Shown here piece after piece: positions 61,325 through 64,000 of a stretch of 64,000 nucleotides of DNA; position 1 is the stretch's first letter, and each line of letters opens with the position of its first letter. The notes under the pieces were generated by a model. That model was not told the origin of the DNA, searched no databases, and saw only the letters and a program-made list of their open reading frames with translations. Source of the DNA: Lepidodermella squamata (lineage: Eukaryota; Animalia; Gastrotricha); NCBI GenBank assembly GCA_047495785.1, contig JBLDXI010000001.1:806001-870000 (forward strand), written 5' to 3'. A program made the position numbers and the translations under genes.

Positions 61325-63618
61325 ATGGCGGTTTTTCTGTCGCAAGCCGCGCTCGACAACCACGTTCGCGCAGAGATCTCGCGCCAGATCCCGGCCAGCT
61401 TCGCCGATTCTATGCTCGCGGCGACTTTGGTACCGCCGATCATCACCGCTCCGTTTATCGCCCCTTCAGGGTGCTTGCAGTCTCGGTCGGAAATTTGCCT
61501 TTTCCCGACAGTCCCGTTCTGGGCACAACAACAAGCAGCTGCCTATCAAATGCAAATGCAGTTTCAGCAAGCCTCCTCGAGCTTTTTGCCATCTTTTTCA
61601 CCCTCTCCGAAGCCTAAAGAGACCGGGCGCCGCGAAAAAATCTGCCGCTTTTGTAACACCAAGCGAAGCAGCAACCACTTTCAACGGCACGTTCGGAATT
61701 GCAAAGCGGCGAAAGCCAGGAATGTCTCGATGGAGGAGCGCGAAATTGCCGCCACTATGGGCATCACGGCGGAAGCCCGCGACCGCGATGCCCTGCTAGA
61801 AAAGGTGTCATCCAAGGTCGCCAGTGTCGTGTCTAGAGGCCTCTCACGCGAGATACGGCCAATCAAGTGTCCGAATTCTGTTTCGAAACTTCCCGTCATC
61901 GTCGAGCGACCAGCTACATCGACTACGTCGGGCCAGCTTAAGCAATGCAGCGAACATTTCAAGACGCTAATTGAGCTGTATCACGGTGGTAGTCGCTACA
62001 GATGGCTGCCCAAGAAGAAATCGAATACCAGGAAAGCAAAGAAAACTCGTCTCGCGTCGATTTTCACTCTATCAAGGACCTACAACCTCGAACAACTGGA
62101 GAGTTTCGACCACTGGGATCGATTTTTCGAGTCGGGTGGCGCCATCTTACGTTTGAATCAGCCGAAAGTTGTCAAAAAATCGAAGGGCAAAAGCAAGCCG
62201 GCTACAGTCGGTCGCCGTGCCCAGTACTCTCGGATCAAAGAGCTAGGCGACTTTGTTTCCTGGCTTGCGGCGAATGGTCACATCGTCGAATCTCCGAAGC
62301 TGAAATCATTGCTCTTGGATACAACGTCGCAGCTTCTCCAAGGCTCAAAACGAGAAAGCGGCCTCAAGAAAACCGAAAGAGCGAAGTTTGCCCATGACAT
62401 GGAGCTACCGATGAAATTTTACCAGCACATCGACGAGCTGATCGCTGAACGCCGAAAGGGGCTGAACCTTTACGGGCTCAAAATCGCTCGAATTGCAGTT
62501 GCGGCCAATTCTCATACCGGTTGCCGGTGAGTAACAGCTTCGTCTTAATTTTTCAAAGATTCAACAAACGTGAAAAATTTTTTGTAATTTTTTATCGATC
62601 ATTTAAATTATTTTTCCAAATTCCATTTCACGTCAAAAAGCATAAATTTCTAAAAAAAATCGTGCGATCGGGAATTTTTCAAATTTAATTTTAATTTAAT
62701 TTGAGGGCAATTTTCAAGTTCAAATGCATAAATTTCCAAGGTTGAATTTGATCGGAAATTCCATCAATCCTTAAAACAAACAAATCACCGATTCTGGAAT
62801 CGATTATTCGCTTCAGTTTATTTCGCTCAAGTATTCAAATAATTTGGTGCTCACCACCGATTCAGAGGTGGACAAAATATTCAAGGTTTTATCATTTCCA
62901 GCTTTTTCATCGTCATTTTTTATTTTTCAGAGCTTCTGGAATTCGGAAAATGAAACTTACTGAGTGGAAAGCGAGGGATGGCGATGCTGATGGAGAAGGT
63001 TGGGTTTGTGTTGAGGTAAAAGGAATGAAAAACTCGATTTCTGGATTCCCGTTCGTCACCTTCGACCCCGCAACAGCCGCCTTAATTCAAAGCTACATCG
63101 ATAATGACCGGCCGGCGTCGAAAAACAAGCGGGTTTTTTTGACTCAAAAACGAACAAGAATCAGTTCCTCGACGCTGAACGAGTACGCAAACCTCGGTTG
63201 GCCGTCGTTCAAAGAAAAGTTTCAGCCGAATTTCAGCCGGCCGCTCAGTGATACCTTTACACTTACCACCCAGCGCCGAGCAATCAATACTACTACGCGT
63301 TCAGAGAAGGACCCCGACCAGCCGCCTCAGGCCAAAGTTAATCAGGCGTTGGTGCAAAGTGAGCCCACGGGCGAGTCGGTCTATACCCTCACCGCTGCAG
63401 TTTCGGAGGCGATCGGGGTCGCAAAATGGGCGTACTACAAGTGTGCGAACCGCCTTGATCCGTCGAACCCAGAGCTACGCCCGTTCGCATACAGGCCTGT
63501 CAAAGCCGTCCCGCTTTCATCAAACAACACCGAGGGGTCTAAGGAGTCGAAGGATAGTGAAGACGAAAATTCCTCGAGCGAAGACGAAAATTCCAGCAGC
63601 GACGATGACTGCTGCTAA
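61325..63618 (+). CDS. Tyrosine recombinase (Crypton-like/metazoan YR element) with N-terminal zinc finger; intron 62527-62930
   Basis: Splicing CG|gtgagt...tttcag|A restores HTGCRASGIRKMKLTEW (catalytic R). Then VKGMKN (K), YIDNDRP...VFLT, TTQRR (second R) and LVQSEPTGESVY (Y). CRFC..FQRHVRNC finger at the N-terminus. Confidence 0.75.
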
Positions 63619-64000
63619 AGTATTATTGTCTTGTGTTGTAGTTGATTTTTTACTTGATTTTTCGGCGCTCACATTGATCAAACTTGTGGAAGAAATTTTC
63701 AAAAGAATTAAATAATACAGAAATTCGGGAAGATAAAATTTCATTTTTCGGCGCAAAAAAACGGCGCAAAAAATCTTTTTTTCATCTGTTGCTATGTTCG
63801 CGCTCAATATTTAAAAAATTACGCTTGATCCTCACATTTTTATTATCTTCTTTACTATCTTCTCGTTTGATATATTGCTCGCGTAATTTCACGATGTCTG
63901 ATTTCATGATGTCATGTGATTTCTGTCACAAAAGTTGTTATCCAATTTGGTCTATCGTATCAATAAAAACGCTCGAGTTACGGCGATTACGCGATCTGAG

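Noticed and set aside
63604-63618. C-terminal CC of the recombinase as a Rab-type prenylation signal
   Set aside because: Rab geranylgeranylation needs REP recognition of a Rab fold; likely incidental.

Overview
Eukaryotic (invertebrate animal-like) genomic DNA from a compact genome with many short GT-AG introns, mostly about 45-60 nt. From left to right: a decayed transposase remnant; a PAN/apple-mucin GPI-type surface protein; EXOC1/Sec3; an RRM + 2xCCHC + RGG protein; a small spliced orphan gene; a near-intronless multi-TM H..H..C (LRAT/PPPDE-like) ORF bracketed by a ~420-bp direct duplication; and a large secreted Cys-rich protein with five long internal repeats. Head-to-head with that gene is the most striking feature: a ~20-kb co-oriented tandem array of 18 small paralogues. 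They share an MG-x-F-x-T N-terminus and a Gly-patterned TM helix followed by highly variable Thr/Pro-rich tails, and several are spaced like trans-spliced operons. A PKD-type kinase sits antisense inside the array. The right third has several MITE/DNA-transposon/SINE elements, two sigma-class GSTs, and two glutamine-synthetase paralogues that keep the metal/ATP residues but have lost the ammonium-site residues. It ends with a putative Kar5/GEX1/Brambleberry-like ORF and a spliced tyrosine-recombinase gene. All family calls come from motif recognition by eye; no searches were run.
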